In this document: in pieces, positions 41,928-54,428 of the stretch | Layout: each line of letters opens with the position of its first letter | Numbering within the stretch: position 1 is the first letter of the stretch | Source: an uncultured Gemmatimonadales bacterium | GTDB lineage: Bacteria; Gemmatimonadota; Gemmatimonadetes; Gemmatimonadales; GWC2-71-9 | Reading direction: 5' to 3' | NCBI GenBank assembly: GCA_963821525.1 | Contig: CAWGED010000019.1 | Coordinates: 736,001-800,000 of the forward strand | DNA length: 64,000 nucleotides | Notes under the pieces: generated by a model | What the model was told of the DNA's origin: nothing | Database searches by the model: none | The model's input: only the letters and a program-made list of their open reading frames with translations | Made by a program: the position numbers and the translations under genes

Positions 41928-43112
41928 CTAAAAGGCCCCCAGTCCAGTCACAGCCTCGCCCAGGATGAGGGAATGCATGTCGTGGGTTCCCTCGTAAGTG
42001 TAGACCGATTCGAGATTAGCGAGATGTCGCATCGAATGGTACTCGACCAGGATTCCGTTGGCGCCGAGCAGGCGGCGCGCCTCCCGGGCACACTCACAGG
42101 CCATGTTCACATTGTTACGCTTGGCCAGTGAGACCTGCTGGGGGGTCACGGTTCCCGCATCCTTGAGCCGGCCCAACTGCAATGCCAGCAATTGGGCTTT
42201 GGTGATTTCGGTCAGCATGTCCGCCAGTCGGACCTGCTGAATCTGGGTCTGGCCGATGGGCCGGTCGAACATGATCCGCTGTCTGGCGTAGCTCAGCGCC
42301 TCATCGTAGCAGGCCATCGCGGCGCCTACCGCACCCCAGGCGATCCCATAGCGCGCCTGCGTAAGGCACGACAACGGGCTCTTGAGACCACCCGACTTGG
42401 GAAGCAGCGCGTCCTTTGGAAGGTGAACGTCTTCGAGGATCAGTTCGCTGGTATCGGAGGCGCGAAGCGAGAGTTTCCCCTTCTGATCTCGAGCGCTGAA
42501 CCCCTTGGTGTCGGTCGGGACGATGAACCCGCGAATCGACGTGGGATCGCGCAGGTCTCCAGTCTTTGCCCAGACTACGGCGACGCTCGCGTGCGAACCG
42601 TTGGTGATCCACATCTTGGAGCCGTTCAGCACCCAGCCGTCTTTGGTTTCCTTCGCCGTGGTGATCATCCCCGCGGGGTTGGAACCGAAGTCGGGCTCGG
42701 TGAGGCCGAAACAGCCGATGGCCTGGCCGTGGGCCAACGCCGGAAGCCAGCGCTTTTTCTGCTCCTCGGTGCCGAAGGCGAAGATGGGATACATCACCAG
42801 GGCGCCCTGCACCGAGGCAAAGGACCGGATTCCGCTGTCGCCCCTCTCCAGCTCCTGCATGATGAGCCCGTAGGCCACGTTGTTGAGTCCGGCGCAGCCG
42901 AACTCCTCCGGCAGATTCGCGCCGAGCAGTCCAAGCTCGGCCATGCCGGGGATCAGCTCCTTGGGGAATCGTCCCGCGATGTAGGCCTCGCCGATGACGG
43001 GCATAACCGCGCTGTCCACCCAGGAGCGGACGGTATCACGCACGGCGCGTTCTTCTTCGGATAACGAACCGTCGAGCTGGTAGAAATCGACGCCGGTAAA
43101 GCCGGTGGCCAT
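41928..43112 (-). CDS. Acyl-CoA dehydrogenase (glutaryl-CoA dehydrogenase-like)
   Basis: ELERGDSG.RS, FGLTEPD.GS, GSKMWITN, YTYEGT. Confidence 0.92.
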   Translation of the reverse strand: MATGFTGVDFYQLDGSLSEEERAVRDTVRSWVDSAVMPVIGEAYIAGRFPKELIPGMAELGLLGANLPEEFGCAGLNNVAYGLIMQELERGDSGIRSFASVQGALVMYPIFAFGTEEQKKRWLPALAHGQAIGCFGLTEPDFGSNPAGMITTAKETKDGWVLNGSKMWITNGSHASVAVVWAKTGDLRDPTSIRGFIVPTDTKGFSARDQKGKLSLRASDTSELILEDVHLPKDALLPKSGGLKSPLSCLTQARYGIAWGAVGAAMACYDEALSYARQRIMFDRPIGQTQIQQVRLADMLTEITKAQLLALQLGRLKDAGTVTPQQVSLAKRNNVNMACECAREARRLLGANGILVEYHSMRHLANLESVYTYEGTHDMHSLILGEAVTGLGAF

Positions 43113-43176
43113 GCCTGCCTCTGGAATGAGTGCCGGGACGGCTAATAAAGCTCGGTGGGAGGTCCGGCGGAAGCGG

Positions 43177-43845
43177 TTAAAGCCTTACAGCTCGAGGATG
43201 GATGCCCAACTCGCGCGCCCAGCGGCGAAATCCCTTGCCGTGGTCAACCGGCTGGCCGTTCTCGGCCTGCCACTGATGGATCATCTCGTGCAGCAGGGTA
43301 TGCTCCGCCTCGCGCCAACCATCCCGCCGAACGTGACGCCGGCTCAGGCTGATCTCGACCGCGGCGCCGGTGCGCCGATCGAGCCGCACCTCGCCCAGCC
43401 GGCGCTTCATGCGACGAGAGATTCGAATCGGAATCGGGCTCAGGGCGCCGGCGAAATGCTCCTGGTTGAGCCTCGCATGCAGCTCGGTGAAGTAGGTGAC
43501 CAGCGGCTGGTCTCCCGCCGCGGTGGCTTCCCTGCCCCGGGCGCGGGCGACGGGCGGGGCATGATCCTCCACCGGGAACGCGAGGAATTCATGTCGCGCC
43601 GCGAGCCGCGCCTGCCGCCGCACCCGGCGCGAGAGGAAACGGATGATGGCAGAGAGCACGGAATCCGGCGCGTGAATATAGCCCTCGTGGATCCGAAGCT
43701 CCCGTCCCGGAAACCATGACACCATGACGGCGCGGTTCCGGTGAGTGACGACGCGGGGAACCGTCGGCAGACCCAGAGCCAGGAGCCTCGCGCGAAGCCC
43801 CTTCTCAGCGGGAGGTGTGCGGTCAAACTCGAGACTGAGCTGCAC
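43177..43845 (-). CDS. SprT-like zinc metalloprotease
   Basis: TLLHEMIH, HG..F, RMKRRLG. Confidence 0.8.
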   Translation of the reverse strand: MQLSLEFDRTPPAEKGLRARLLALGLPTVPRVVTHRNRAVMVSWFPGRELRIHEGYIHAPDSVLSAIIRFLSRRVRRQARLAARHEFLAFPVEDHAPPVARARGREATAAGDQPLVTYFTELHARLNQEHFAGALSPIPIRISRRMKRRLGEVRLDRRTGAAVEISLSRRHVRRDGWREAEHTLLHEMIHQWQAENGQPVDHGKGFRRWARELGIHPRAVRL

Positions 43846-44665
43846 GATTCCTCGCGAAGGCGGAAATGGTTCCCTGGCGGAACTGGGCCACGCCTGGCTC
43901 CCAGAGATGATGTTCGATCTGGATGCGGGAGCCATCGATGCGAATCAAGTTGAAGACCGAAGGCCTGCGGCCCCGGGTGCGATCGGTCGGAGTGCTGGCG
44001 GTGCTCGCGACGAGCGAACCATCGATTTGGGTCGCTGCTTCTTCGTGGTCATGGCCTGAAAGGGCCAGTTCCACTCCCAACGCGATCAGGCGCTTCTGGG
44101 CGGTGCGCCAGCGCGCGAGTCCCATCCGGCCAGAGATCTGCCCGCCCACGATATTGTGGTGCACCACGGCGACTCGAATCGCATCGGCCGGCGCCTCGTC
44201 GTAGAACTTCCGGACCCGATCCACTTCGCTCTCGGGCAGGTGGCCGATCGTGGTCATGTCGTTAGGGTTCCAGGTGAGCGAGCCAAAAGCGATTCCGTGG
44301 CTGCTCAGCAGAGCGGCAATCACCGCACCCGGAATTTTCAGTGCCGGAGTGAGGTCTTCTCCGAAATAGCGCCGGTACTTGGCGTACTTGGCACGCTGGC
44401 CAAAGATCCCGAACGGGCTTGCCCACCATTGCACGTCATGATTGCCCGGCATCACCAGCAGCGGAGCAATCGGTTGCAACTCCTGCAGAAACAGGTGAGC
44501 CGCCATGAATTCACCATGGCGGGCTCGCTGTGTCAGGTCTCCCGAAACGACGATGGCCGATGGAGCGAGCTCCGTGAGATACGCCGGCAGCCGCTCGAGC
44601 TGATTCAGATCCGCGTGCGCGCCAAAATGCAGGTCCGAGACGTGCGCGAGGACTGTTTCCGTCAC
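43823..44665 (-). CDS. Metallophosphoesterase (calcineurin-like)
   Basis: SDLH, SGDL, PGNHD, HH, GHDH. Confidence 0.9.
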   Translation of the reverse strand: MTETVLAHVSDLHFGAHADLNQLERLPAYLTELAPSAIVVSGDLTQRARHGEFMAAHLFLQELQPIAPLLVMPGNHDVQWWASPFGIFGQRAKYAKYRRYFGEDLTPALKIPGAVIAALLSSHGIAFGSLTWNPNDMTTIGHLPESEVDRVRKFYDEAPADAIRVAVVHHNIVGGQISGRMGLARWRTAQKRLIALGVELALSGHDHEEAATQIDGSLVASTASTPTDRTRGRRPSVFNLIRIDGSRIQIEHHLWEPGVAQFRQGTISAFARNRAAQSRV

Positions 44666-46053
44666 CAGATCACCCGAACCCGGTAGGTCAGAGTGGCTTT
44701 CCCCGCGGCCGGCACCTGGACGCGGAAGCGGGTACGGGTGGAGGAGAGCTTCTCCGGCTTGACGCTGCTGGACACCACCGACCACTCGCCCCCGCGAACC
44801 TCGATGACATCCACCGAAGCAGGCTTGTCCGCCGCGTTGGTGACGGTCACCCGATAATCGGCGGTCGCGACGGTGCGCCAGGACCCGCCGGTGCTGTCCC
44901 GCTTCGTGGTGTAGTTGGTCTGCACCCGCTTGGCCTTGAGATCGAACGCCTCACCTGCGCCGAGCCGGAGATCCTCGCCCGCCGGGGTATGGTCCATCGC
45001 CGCTTCGCCCACGAGCTGCAGACGGCCACCACTGTCCGGTTCGAAGAGTCGCGCCACGCCACCCGGCAGCGGCCGGTCGCCGAAGTCGGTCTTACGAGGG
45101 CGCTGGAGCACGTAGGTGACCTGCACCGGAACATCCTCTTCGTCTCCGAACTGAGGGAGACCACCCCAATACGGGATGTTCCCTGTGACCTCGTAACCTT
45201 TGGTGTACGAGACGCCCGCCGGCTCGAACAGGGCGGTCGAACTGGTGACTCCCGGCAACAAAGTGACTTTGCCCGGCAGGGTGTAGAGATGGAACTCGCC
45301 GACTTTCTGTTCGGTCGCGTAGGCCATCTCCTCTCGTGCGGCCATGGGAGCGGCCATGGCCCGGCGCTTCGCGAACTGATCGGTCGCTGCGGCTTGTGCC
45401 ACGCTTCCCGCCAGCAGCTGTACTTCGGCGTCGCGGAGACTCAGCGTGCCTGCGCTAATGACCGCCATTCCGGTGACCCGCGAGGTTCCACTTCCAAGGA
45501 GAACCTGGTAGCTCGCCTGCCACGAGGCGCCGCCGGTGAAGTAGCCGAGGGGAAGCGCCTTGCGAGACTGGCTGCTCTTGAGGCCGAGGTTCACGACCGG
45601 ATCCACGACCACCAGTTCCTCGGGGAAGAGCGGGACTCCCGGCGGACTGAAGGCGACGGTCCCGTCCGCCATCCGGTAGCGCTCGGGATCAACCCCGAGC
45701 ACGGTCGCACTCACGGTATCCTTTCCGCTCCGGAACAGCAGCTTCCGGCCGATCGAGCGGCGCAGAACGCTCTGATAGTCCGTCCCACCGTCGTAATCGG
45801 CGGCGAGAATCGTGATCAGGGAGTCGGTGGAAAAGATGGAAGACGGATCCACCTGCCCCAGCGAGACCTTCTGGCTCGACTCTCCCTTGGGGATATCCGC
45901 CGTGACCGAGCGCCGGACCAGTACTCGGCCGTCGTTGTAGATGGTGATGCTCTGTGCGGTGAGCGGTGAGAAGTGAGCGGTGAGCGGGAGCATTACCAAT
46001 CCAGTTGCGACGGCGCGGAACAACGAGCCTGCGAGCATCCGAACCCTCATCAT
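44662..46053 (-). CDS. DUF4139 domain protein
   Basis: ITIYN, Y.TGG.SW..SY, EFHLYTL, PLPGG..R, DHTP. Confidence 0.8.
   Translation of the reverse strand: MMRVRMLAGSLFRAVATGLVMLPLTAHFSPLTAQSITIYNDGRVLVRRSVTADIPKGESSQKVSLGQVDPSSIFSTDSLITILAADYDGGTDYQSVLRRSIGRKLLFRSGKDTVSATVLGVDPERYRMADGTVAFSPPGVPLFPEELVVVDPVVNLGLKSSQSRKALPLGYFTGGASWQASYQVLLGSGTSRVTGMAVISAGTLSLRDAEVQLLAGSVAQAAATDQFAKRRAMAAPMAAREEMAYATEQKVGEFHLYTLPGKVTLLPGVTSSTALFEPAGVSYTKGYEVTGNIPYWGGLPQFGDEEDVPVQVTYVLQRPRKTDFGDRPLPGGVARLFEPDSGGRLQLVGEAAMDHTPAGEDLRLGAGEAFDLKAKRVQTNYTTKRDSTGGSWRTVATADYRVTVTNAADKPASVDVIEVRGGEWSVVSSSVKPEKLSSTRTRFRVQVPAAGKATLTYRVRVIW
45956..45987. repeat. Tandem heptamer GCGGTGA inside signal-peptide coding sequence
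   Basis: GCGGTGA GCGGTGA GAAGTGA GCGGTGA GCGG, encoding PLTAHFSPLTA. Confidence 0.7.
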
Positions 46054-46054
46054 T

Positions 46055-46369
46055 TCATTTCTCCTTGGCCTTGGGCCGTTCCGCAAACACTTCGAGCGCC
46101 ACCCGCTGCACGATCCGCCGAGTCACGATGTAGGTGACGAGAATGGCGATGATGGCGTAAATCCTGGCCAGCGGGAGCTCCGGCATGCGGAAGGCAACGT
46201 AGAGTCCGACCAGCAGAGTAGCGGCGAGGGAGATGCGGCTGGCGAGCCGGTTTGCACGACGCAGGTTGTCCGCGGTGCACGCAGGACAGAGATCACCCCA
46301 TTGAATGCCTGTGACCCGGTTGCCGCAGCGGGCGCAAGGGACCTCAGGCCACCCGCTTGGCGACAGCAT
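46055..46369 (-). CDS. Small membrane protein with CxxC...CxxC zinc ribbon
   Basis: CARC...CPAC followed by two TMs. Confidence 0.6.
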   Translation of the reverse strand: MLSPSGWPEVPCARCGNRVTGIQWGDLCPACTADNLRRANRLASRISLAATLLVGLYVAFRMPELPLARIYAIIAILVTYIVTRRIVQRVALEVFAERPKAKEK

Positions 46370-47360
46370 CGCCGAACTCCTGGGTGGACGCGGTGCCGCC
46401 CAGGTCCCGGGTGCGGACCTTGTCTTCGACGATGACCTTCTCGATGGCTTCGCGGACGCGGGAAGCGGCTTTGATCTCTCCCAGGTGATCCAGCATCATC
46501 GCCGAGGCGAGCATCTGCGCGGCCGGGTTGGCGATCCCCTTCCCGGCGATATCGGGCGCGCTGCCGTGGACCGCTTCGAAAATCGAAGCATGGGTCCCGA
46601 TGTTGGCTCCCGGCGCCAGACCGAGTCCGCCCACCAGTCCCGACACCTCGTCGCTCAGGATGTCGCCGAACATGTTGGTGGTGACCATCACGTCGAACTG
46701 TTCCGGCTTGAGGACCAGCTGCATGGCGCAGTTGTCCACGATCATGTCGTTGGACTGGACCCGCCCTTCGTATTCCTTCTGAATCCGCTTGCCCACCTCG
46801 AGGAACAGGCCGCTCACCATCTTGAGGATGTTGGCCTTGTGAACGATGGTGACCTTCTTGCGGCTGTGGCGAAGCGCGTACTCGAAGGCGTAGCGGATGA
46901 TCCGCTCGCAACCGGCACGGGTCACGATCGCGGTCGACTCGGCTACCGCCCGCGCGTCTCCACCGATCGCGATGAAATGCTCTACTCCGACGTACAGGCC
47001 CTCGAGGTTTTCCCGAACCAGCACGATATCCACGTTACTGAAGCGCCCGCCGGGGACGAATGAACGCGCGGGGCGGATATTGGCGAACAGCTCGAATTCC
47101 TTCCGCAGGGCGACGTTCACCGACCGGAAGCCGGTGCCCACCGGGGTGGTGAGCGGCCCCTTCAATGCCAGCTTGCGATGCCGGATGCTTTCGATCGTGG
47201 CATCAGGCAGTGGCGTTCCGGTGGCATCCACCGCGGTCACGCCCGCCAGTTGTTCGTCCCACTCGAACGAGATCCCGGTGGCTTTGAGCACCTTCACCGT
47301 CTCCGAGGTGATCTCGGGGCCGATGCCGTCGCCGGGAATCAACGTCGCGTAATAGGTCAC
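46344..47360 (-). CDS. Isocitrate/isopropylmalate dehydrogenase family (NAD-IDH-like)
   Basis: [47 protein letters not shown]. Confidence 0.92.
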   Translation of the reverse strand: MTYYATLIPGDGIGPEITSETVKVLKATGISFEWDEQLAGVTAVDATGTPLPDATIESIRHRKLALKGPLTTPVGTGFRSVNVALRKEFELFANIRPARSFVPGGRFSNVDIVLVRENLEGLYVGVEHFIAIGGDARAVAESTAIVTRAGCERIIRYAFEYALRHSRKKVTIVHKANILKMVSGLFLEVGKRIQKEYEGRVQSNDMIVDNCAMQLVLKPEQFDVMVTTNMFGDILSDEVSGLVGGLGLAPGANIGTHASIFEAVHGSAPDIAGKGIANPAAQMLASAMMLDHLGEIKAASRVREAIEKVIVEDKVRTRDLGGTASTQEFGDAVAKRVA

Positions 47361-48016
47361 TGCGACAACTCCAAGGGGAACGCTGCCTCCATGGCATTGA
47401 CCAGCGCCTGCGCCGGGGTCGCTCCGCTGGCATAGGTGACCGTGCGCCAAAGCACACTGCCGAGCCGCACATCGGCCAGCACCAGCGAGGCATCGACCCG
47501 GTGTCCTATGGAATCGGTGGTGAAACTGATCGCGGCGGGGATGAAGGCGTAGCGGCCCCCACCCCCAGCTACCGCGACGAGGCTGCGGAGAGAGCTACGC
47601 AATGGGTCGGGCACATCGTGCAGGTCCGGAGCGCGCATGATCCCCTGCCCCATGTGGTCCGGGTCGGGCGCCACACCAACCGCCCGGTGGGCAATGCGCC
47701 GGAGTTCCGGGGGGAAGATCCACTTGGGCTCCGGGGCCAGAGACAGAAGCTGCTGGGTGATGATCGAATCAGCCCAGTCGAGGGCGCGAAGGTGGTCATT
47801 GAATGGCGGCTGACTCATCAGCTCATCGTCGCCCACCAGAATCGTGAGCGGGATGACCGCCACTGTCTGGCCGGCGAGGGGCGCCGTAGCGAGTGGGATG
47901 ATCGGCTCCGGCTTCTTTTCCTTGGGAGTCGCCTCTTCCGCCTCGTTTCTACCGCCACAGGCCAGGCCGACGGCAAGCAGCAATAGGACCAAGCGACCGC
48001 TTCGCATGGAATGCAT
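47357..48016 (-). CDS. Hypothetical lipoprotein
   Basis: Lipobox GLAC; coupled to the downstream gene. Confidence 0.7.
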   Translation of the reverse strand: MHSMRSGRLVLLLLAVGLACGGRNEAEEATPKEKKPEPIIPLATAPLAGQTVAVIPLTILVGDDELMSQPPFNDHLRALDWADSIITQQLLSLAPEPKWIFPPELRRIAHRAVGVAPDPDHMGQGIMRAPDLHDVPDPLRSSLRSLVAVAGGGGRYAFIPAAISFTTDSIGHRVDASLVLADVRLGSVLWRTVTYASGATPAQALVNAMEAAFPLELSQ

Positions 48017-48074
48017 TTCGATGGAGGGGTTTGGCACGGGACAAAGCTAAATGGGGGACGCGGGGAGAGTGAAG

Positions 48075-48182
48075 AGGTATCAGGGATCAGGTGAAGGGTC
48101 AGGGACGGGGATCGAGAATCGATTGCGGTAAGCGAAGGCAATTGGTGGCGAGCGGACCCCTGACACCTGACGCCTGATCCCT
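48075..48182. repeat. Inverted tandem heptamer element (TCAGGGA / CCTGACA type)
   Basis: Degenerate arrays at 48075-48110 and 48156-48182. Confidence 0.7.
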
Positions 48183-48187
48183 TTGCT

Positions 48188-49054
48188 CTACTCCAACGAC
48201 AGCCCCCCGTCCACCACCACCGTCTGCCCCGTGATATGCCTGGCCTCTTCGGAACAGAGAAAGGTGATGACGTGGGCCACGTCCTCCGGTTCCGCGACCC
48301 GGCCCAGGACGGAGCTCTTCTGGGCTCGCTCGATGACCTCTTTGGGCAGCATGCGCATCCGCTCGGTACGGATGAAGCCCGGCGCGATGGCGTTGACGTT
48401 CACGTTGGCGGGGCCCAGCTCGACGGCGGCTGCGCGGGTCAGGCCGAGCAGAGCGGCCTTGCTGGCCGCGTAGTTGCTCACCCCGAATCCGGGCCGTTCC
48501 GCCTGGTGGGCGCTCACGCTCACGATCTTCCCGTAGTGCTGGCCCCGGAAAATCGGCGCCACCGACCGGATGCAGTTGAAGGCGCCGGTAACGTTCGTAT
48601 CGAGCACTTGCCTCCAGGCGTCCTCGCTCAGCCGCCAGAGCGCCCCGTCCATCGCGATGCCCGCATTGTTGACCAGGAAGTGCACCGTACCGAAGCGGCC
48701 CTTCACGTCGCTGATGAAACGGTCAACAGCGGAACGGTCGCGGACATCGCACCGCGCTGCATAAACACTCCCGCCCATCGTGGTGCACGCCGTTTCGGTG
48801 AGCTGCGCCTGTTCGGTCACGTCACGGCCAGGGAGATCGACGAAACAGAAACCCACGTGGCAACCAAGCCGCGCAAACTCCATCGCGATGCAACGTCCCA
48901 GCCCGGTGGCTCCGCCCGTCACCACGGCGACCTTGCCGCGGAAACCGGCAGTGATCGGCTGGAGCTGAGGCTGCTCCAGGAGTGTAGGCGAGGTTTCACC
49001 ACCCTCGGCTTCCCACATGGGACCCCGACCGAAGCTTTCGAAGGAAGCGGGCAT
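48188..49054 (-). CDS. SDR oxidoreductase (FabG-like)
   Basis: TGGATGLG, VNNAGI, NYAASK, VNAIAPG, GQTVVVDGG. Confidence 0.9.
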   Translation of the reverse strand: MPASFESFGRGPMWEAEGGETSPTLLEQPQLQPITAGFRGKVAVVTGGATGLGRCIAMEFARLGCHVGFCFVDLPGRDVTEQAQLTETACTTMGGSVYAARCDVRDRSAVDRFISDVKGRFGTVHFLVNNAGIAMDGALWRLSEDAWRQVLDTNVTGAFNCIRSVAPIFRGQHYGKIVSVSAHQAERPGFGVSNYAASKAALLGLTRAAAVELGPANVNVNAIAPGFIRTERMRMLPKEVIERAQKSSVLGRVAEPEDVAHVITFLCSEEARHITGQTVVVDGGLSLE

Positions 49055-49133
49055 AGGCGGGGCAAGGTACGGGTGGGAATGGGGGAGGGCAAGGATTTTG
49101 GGTGGGACATGTAGGGTCATGAGTTTGGAGCTG

Positions 49134-49258
49134 AGGGAGTAGGGAGTAGGGTATAGGGAGTAGGGTGTAAACGATGAGCGCGACTGGACAATGCCCAACT
49201 CCCTACACCCTACTCACTACTCCCTCTCCCCAGTACCTGACACCCGATCCCGTCTCCT
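49134..49258. repeat. Inverted tandem heptamer element (AGGGAGT / ACTCCCT)
   Basis: Five units, spacer of about 28 nt, then the reverse array; followed by CCTGACA-type units. Confidence 0.85.
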
Positions 49259-49271
49259 CTACATTGGCTAC

Positions 49272-51294
<2,023 letters not shown>

Positions 51295-51305
<11 letters not shown>

Positions 51306-51483
51306 GACGGCGTTGAACCGCTTTGCGCGGGCTATTCGACGGATCCTGGGCATGCCGGACTACGAGGAGTACTTGAGGCACCTCAAGCGCTGCGACGCGT
51401 CCGACCCGGTTCCATCGGAGCGCGAATTCTTCGAGTCGTACCTGCGGGCCCGTTACGGCCGCACTCCTTCCCGCTGCTGCTGA
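51295..51483 (+). CDS. YbdD/YjiX family small protein
   Basis: GMPDY..Y..H, EFF, RCC terminus; directly follows cstA. Confidence 0.9.
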
Positions 51484-51505
51484 ACCCTCCAGCTTCGAGC
51501 CTGCC

Positions 51506-52056
51506 ATGAAACGGGTGCTGAACTATTTCTTGAACGGTCTCATTCTTTCCGCGCCGGTCGCGCTCACGCTCTATGTCTGCTGGCGCCTGTTCCGGGCGAT
51601 TGACGGGTGGCTCAATCTCCCGATTCCCGGAGCCGGCTTCCTGCTGACCATTGCTCTCATCACGCTGATCGGGTTCATCGCCTCGAATTTCCTCGCCCAA
51701 CGGGCCCTCGCGCTGATCGAGCATCTGCTCAACCGGGTTCCCGGAGTTCGGCTGCTCTACACCGGCATCAAGGATGTGCTCGGCGCTTTCGTGGGTGAGA
51801 AGAAGCGCTTCAATCAGCCAGTCCTGGTCACCCTGGATCGGGAGGCGGGGAATCAAGGCGCATCGGCTTTCTCACCCAGGAGTCCCTGGATGAGCTGGGC
51901 ATTCGGGAGCATGTGAGTGTGTATCTGCCTCAGTCGTACAATTTCGCCGGACAGACGCTGGTGTTGCCGAGCGACCGGGTCACCCGGATCGAGGCGCCGA
52001 GCTCGCGGGTGATGGCGTTTATCGTGTCGGGTGGAGTGGCGGAGGTTGGGGAGTAA
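51506..52056 (+). CDS. DUF502 domain protein (frameshift near 51855)
   Basis: FLNGL...P..LT, IPG.G, RVPGV..LY, YLPQSYN, FIVSGG. Confidence 0.85.
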
Positions 52057-52099
52057 GCGGAATGTGCGAGTGCGGACTTGGTGGATGCAAGGGGCGCGG

Positions 52100-52339
52100 T
52101 CAGCCCAACGTCTGAGCGGACGCAGTTCCAGCGGCGGTATATCGCTCCGTAGTCAACTGAGCGAGCGCGATTGAGAGCCGGTTCTCCAACACTGTGGTAC
52201 TCTCCCGGACTAGCTCCCGGGTATCGGAGTACATGCCAGGGGAGTGGTTCGTGCTCTCAAGGATGTACGAAAGCCCGTTAACAATTTGCAGGGCGTTGCG
52301 GATTTGCTCCTCCGGCCCTTCGCCCGGGACTCGCGACAT
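52100..52339 (-). CDS. Small helical hypothetical protein
   Basis: GGAGG upstream; similar to the ORF at 53548-53910 (RNALQ...LE.RLS.A). Confidence 0.6.
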   Translation of the reverse strand: MSRVPGEGPEEQIRNALQIVNGLSYILESTNHSPGMYSDTRELVRESTTVLENRLSIALAQLTTERYTAAGTASAQTLG

Positions 52340-52454
52340 TGTCACTCTCTTCCTCCGTACGTGAACCAGGCCGTTCGGCCAACTGGTTGGCCGGGCGGCT
52401 TCACAGCCGCCCGTCCCATATTCCTCGCCGCGAAGACCGTGGCGAGGATCGCCT

Positions 52455-53108
52455 CTAGTTCATCGCCAGCGGCATGTCACCGCTCACGATCACGAACTCC
52501 GCACGGCGATTCTGCGCCCACGCCGCCTCATCGCTGCCGGAATCGACCGGGTCCTTCTCACCGTTGGACACCTGGTCCAGCCGGGCAACGTCGATCCCCT
52601 TCCCGGTGAGATACTGCTCGACCGCGGCGGCCCGGCGTTCACCCAGCGCCTCGTTGTACTGATCCGATCCGCGTTCGTCACAGGCACCGGTGATCCGAAG
52701 TCGCACCGCGGGGTTGGCGTTGAGAATCGCCACCTTGCGGTCGAGGATGGCTTGGCCGTCCGTCTGGATCTGGGCCTGGGCGACATCAAAGTAGACCATC
52801 ACGCCCAGCTCCTGGCGGAGCTCGGCGTCCTTCTCGGCCGCTCCGCGGGCCGCGGCCTCGGTCGCCAAACGCACTTGTTCGACCGAGTCTGCGCGAGCCT
52901 TCTCGGCGAGGGCCTGCTGCTGCCGGGCCTGCTCGACTGAGTCGGCGGTGGCACGAGCCACGGCGTCGAGCGAATCCTGCATATGTCGCTGGAGTGCGAT
53001 TTCGGCTTCGGTCGGCTGAGGAGCCGGCGTCTCAGGCGGGGGAGAGCTGTGGCACGCTGCCGCCAGAACGACGGCCGCGATGGGGATTAGGAATGCGATC
53101 CTGCGCAT
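52455..53108 (-). CDS. OmpA/Pal family lipoprotein
   Basis: Lipobox AAAC; VYFD, G.CDERGS.QYN..LGERRA, AWAQNRRAEF. Confidence 0.9.
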   Translation of the reverse strand: MRRIAFLIPIAAVVLAAACHSSPPPETPAPQPTEAEIALQRHMQDSLDAVARATADSVEQARQQQALAEKARADSVEQVRLATEAAARGAAEKDAELRQELGVMVYFDVAQAQIQTDGQAILDRKVAILNANPAVRLRITGACDERGSDQYNEALGERRAAAVEQYLTGKGIDVARLDQVSNGEKDPVDSGSDEAAWAQNRRAEFVIVSGDMPLAMN

Positions 53109-53217
53109 GATGACTCCTGTGCCTCGTAGGGGGCCAGCTGCCCAGCCCCTGTCACCGCGTGGTCCCATTTCCGCGGGGGAGGCCCGGAACGACCGATTCG
53201 TCCGGTGTTGAGCGATG

Positions 53218-53371
53218 TCAAGTAACCGTGCGGCGCCCTGAAATGAAGTGCCACAATGATCGACACAACCGCGACGAGCAGAAGGAGGTGAATCATTCCT
53301 CCGGCCACGTGGAAAACGCTGAAGCCGAGGAACCACGCCACAACCAGAATGACCGCTAAGACACCAAACAT
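53218..53371 (-). CDS. lmo0937-like small membrane protein (frameshift near the 3' end)
   Basis: ILVVAWFLG....GG.IHLLL.VA...ISGRR; AAGGAG RBS. Confidence 0.75.
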
Positions 53372-53547
53372 GATGTGCTCCTTCAGGTGAGTGGCGATCT
53401 GGACGGCCCCGGGACCGTCCGGTCGCGCATCTATGTACTGCACCGGCCGCAAGCGACCAGAGGGACTTCACCCTGATCATGAACTCTATCCCGTAGGCCC
53501 GGCGAGTTGCATCGCTCGTTGGACTGGATTGGGCTAGCTCGTAAGGA

Positions 53548-53910
53548 CTACCTCGACAACTCCGGGTCACGATCGCGTATGTCCAGGATCTCGCCAATCC
53601 ACGTGGGAGCAGACAGGTCTGCCCCGCCGACCTGGACCCAAGCGCCCTCGAGCTCTTCTACTGCCTGAGAGAGGCGGCGTTCGAGGCTGTCGGCCAGGAT
53701 GCGGAGGTCCTGAGAGAACCAGGGCTGGAGAAGATTGCCCGGGAGGCTTGCGACCTTGTCGGCGAGCAGTCGGAGGCCGAGCAGCATCTGCAGCGCGTTG
53801 CGACAATGATCCGCGGCCGAGGAGATCCGCTCCCGCAGCGCCACTTCTCCGGTCTGGTCGTCTGCGGGCTTCGCGGAATCGCGAGTCTCAGCGGTAGTCT
53901 GATCATGCAC
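53548..53910 (-). CDS. Small helical hypothetical protein
   Basis: DHCRNALQMLLGL...LERRLSQAVEEL; paralogous to the 52100 ORF. Confidence 0.6.
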   Translation of the reverse strand: MHDQTTAETRDSAKPADDQTGEVALRERISSAADHCRNALQMLLGLRLLADKVASLPGNLLQPWFSQDLRILADSLERRLSQAVEELEGAWVQVGGADLSAPTWIGEILDIRDRDPELSR

Positions 53911-54130
53911 GACTTGACGCGCGCTTCTGGGCACCGGCGATGATCAGCACCACGCCTACCAGCATGGCCAGACCGCCGGCCCAGGGAGGGATCGATTGCT
54001 GCTCGTCCGCGGTGATCTTGACGTCTCCAACCTTGAGCACCTCGCGCCGGGTGGCGATGCTTCCCCCGCGAAGCAGCAGGAGGGCGCCGAGACCGAGGAT
54101 CAGGATACCGGCCAGGATGAGCTGACGCAT
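53903..54130 (-). CDS. Small two-TM protein (DUF3185-like)
   Basis: TM-EVLKVGDVKITA..IPPW.G-TM pattern. Confidence 0.7.
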   Translation of the reverse strand: MRQLILAGILILGLGALLLLRGGSIATRREVLKVGDVKITADEQQSIPPWAGGLAMLVGVVLIIAGAQKRASSRA

Positions 54131-54172
54131 GGATATTCCCTTGTATGCGTGATCAACGCGGACACCCGAGTC

Positions 54173-54403
54173 TCACCGCAACTGCTCGACCGACCATCCC
54201 GGCACACCACCATCGATGATCCGGCGGCCCAGGCTGGAGCATCGCGCGCTCGCCTCGTCCTCGGTCCGGTAGCGTTCAGCGAGGCTGAACGGCCGTCTCC
54301 GCCCGTGGCGGTGTATCTCGAGTTCCACAGTCCAGCGTTTGGACTCGTAGAGTTGATAGGGCCGGACCAGGATATTGAAGCCCTTGTACCTGAGCGTTGT
54401 CAT
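54173..54403 (-). CDS. Small hypothetical protein
   Basis: YKGF.I...PYQL, T.DEA, GRRIIDG pattern; operon position. Confidence 0.65.
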   Translation of the reverse strand: MTTLRYKGFNILVRPYQLYESKRWTVELEIHRHGRRRPFSLAERYRTEDEASARCSSLGRRIIDGGVPGWSVEQLR

Positions 54404-54428
54404 ACTGCTTCACCCTTCGCGCCCCGGT

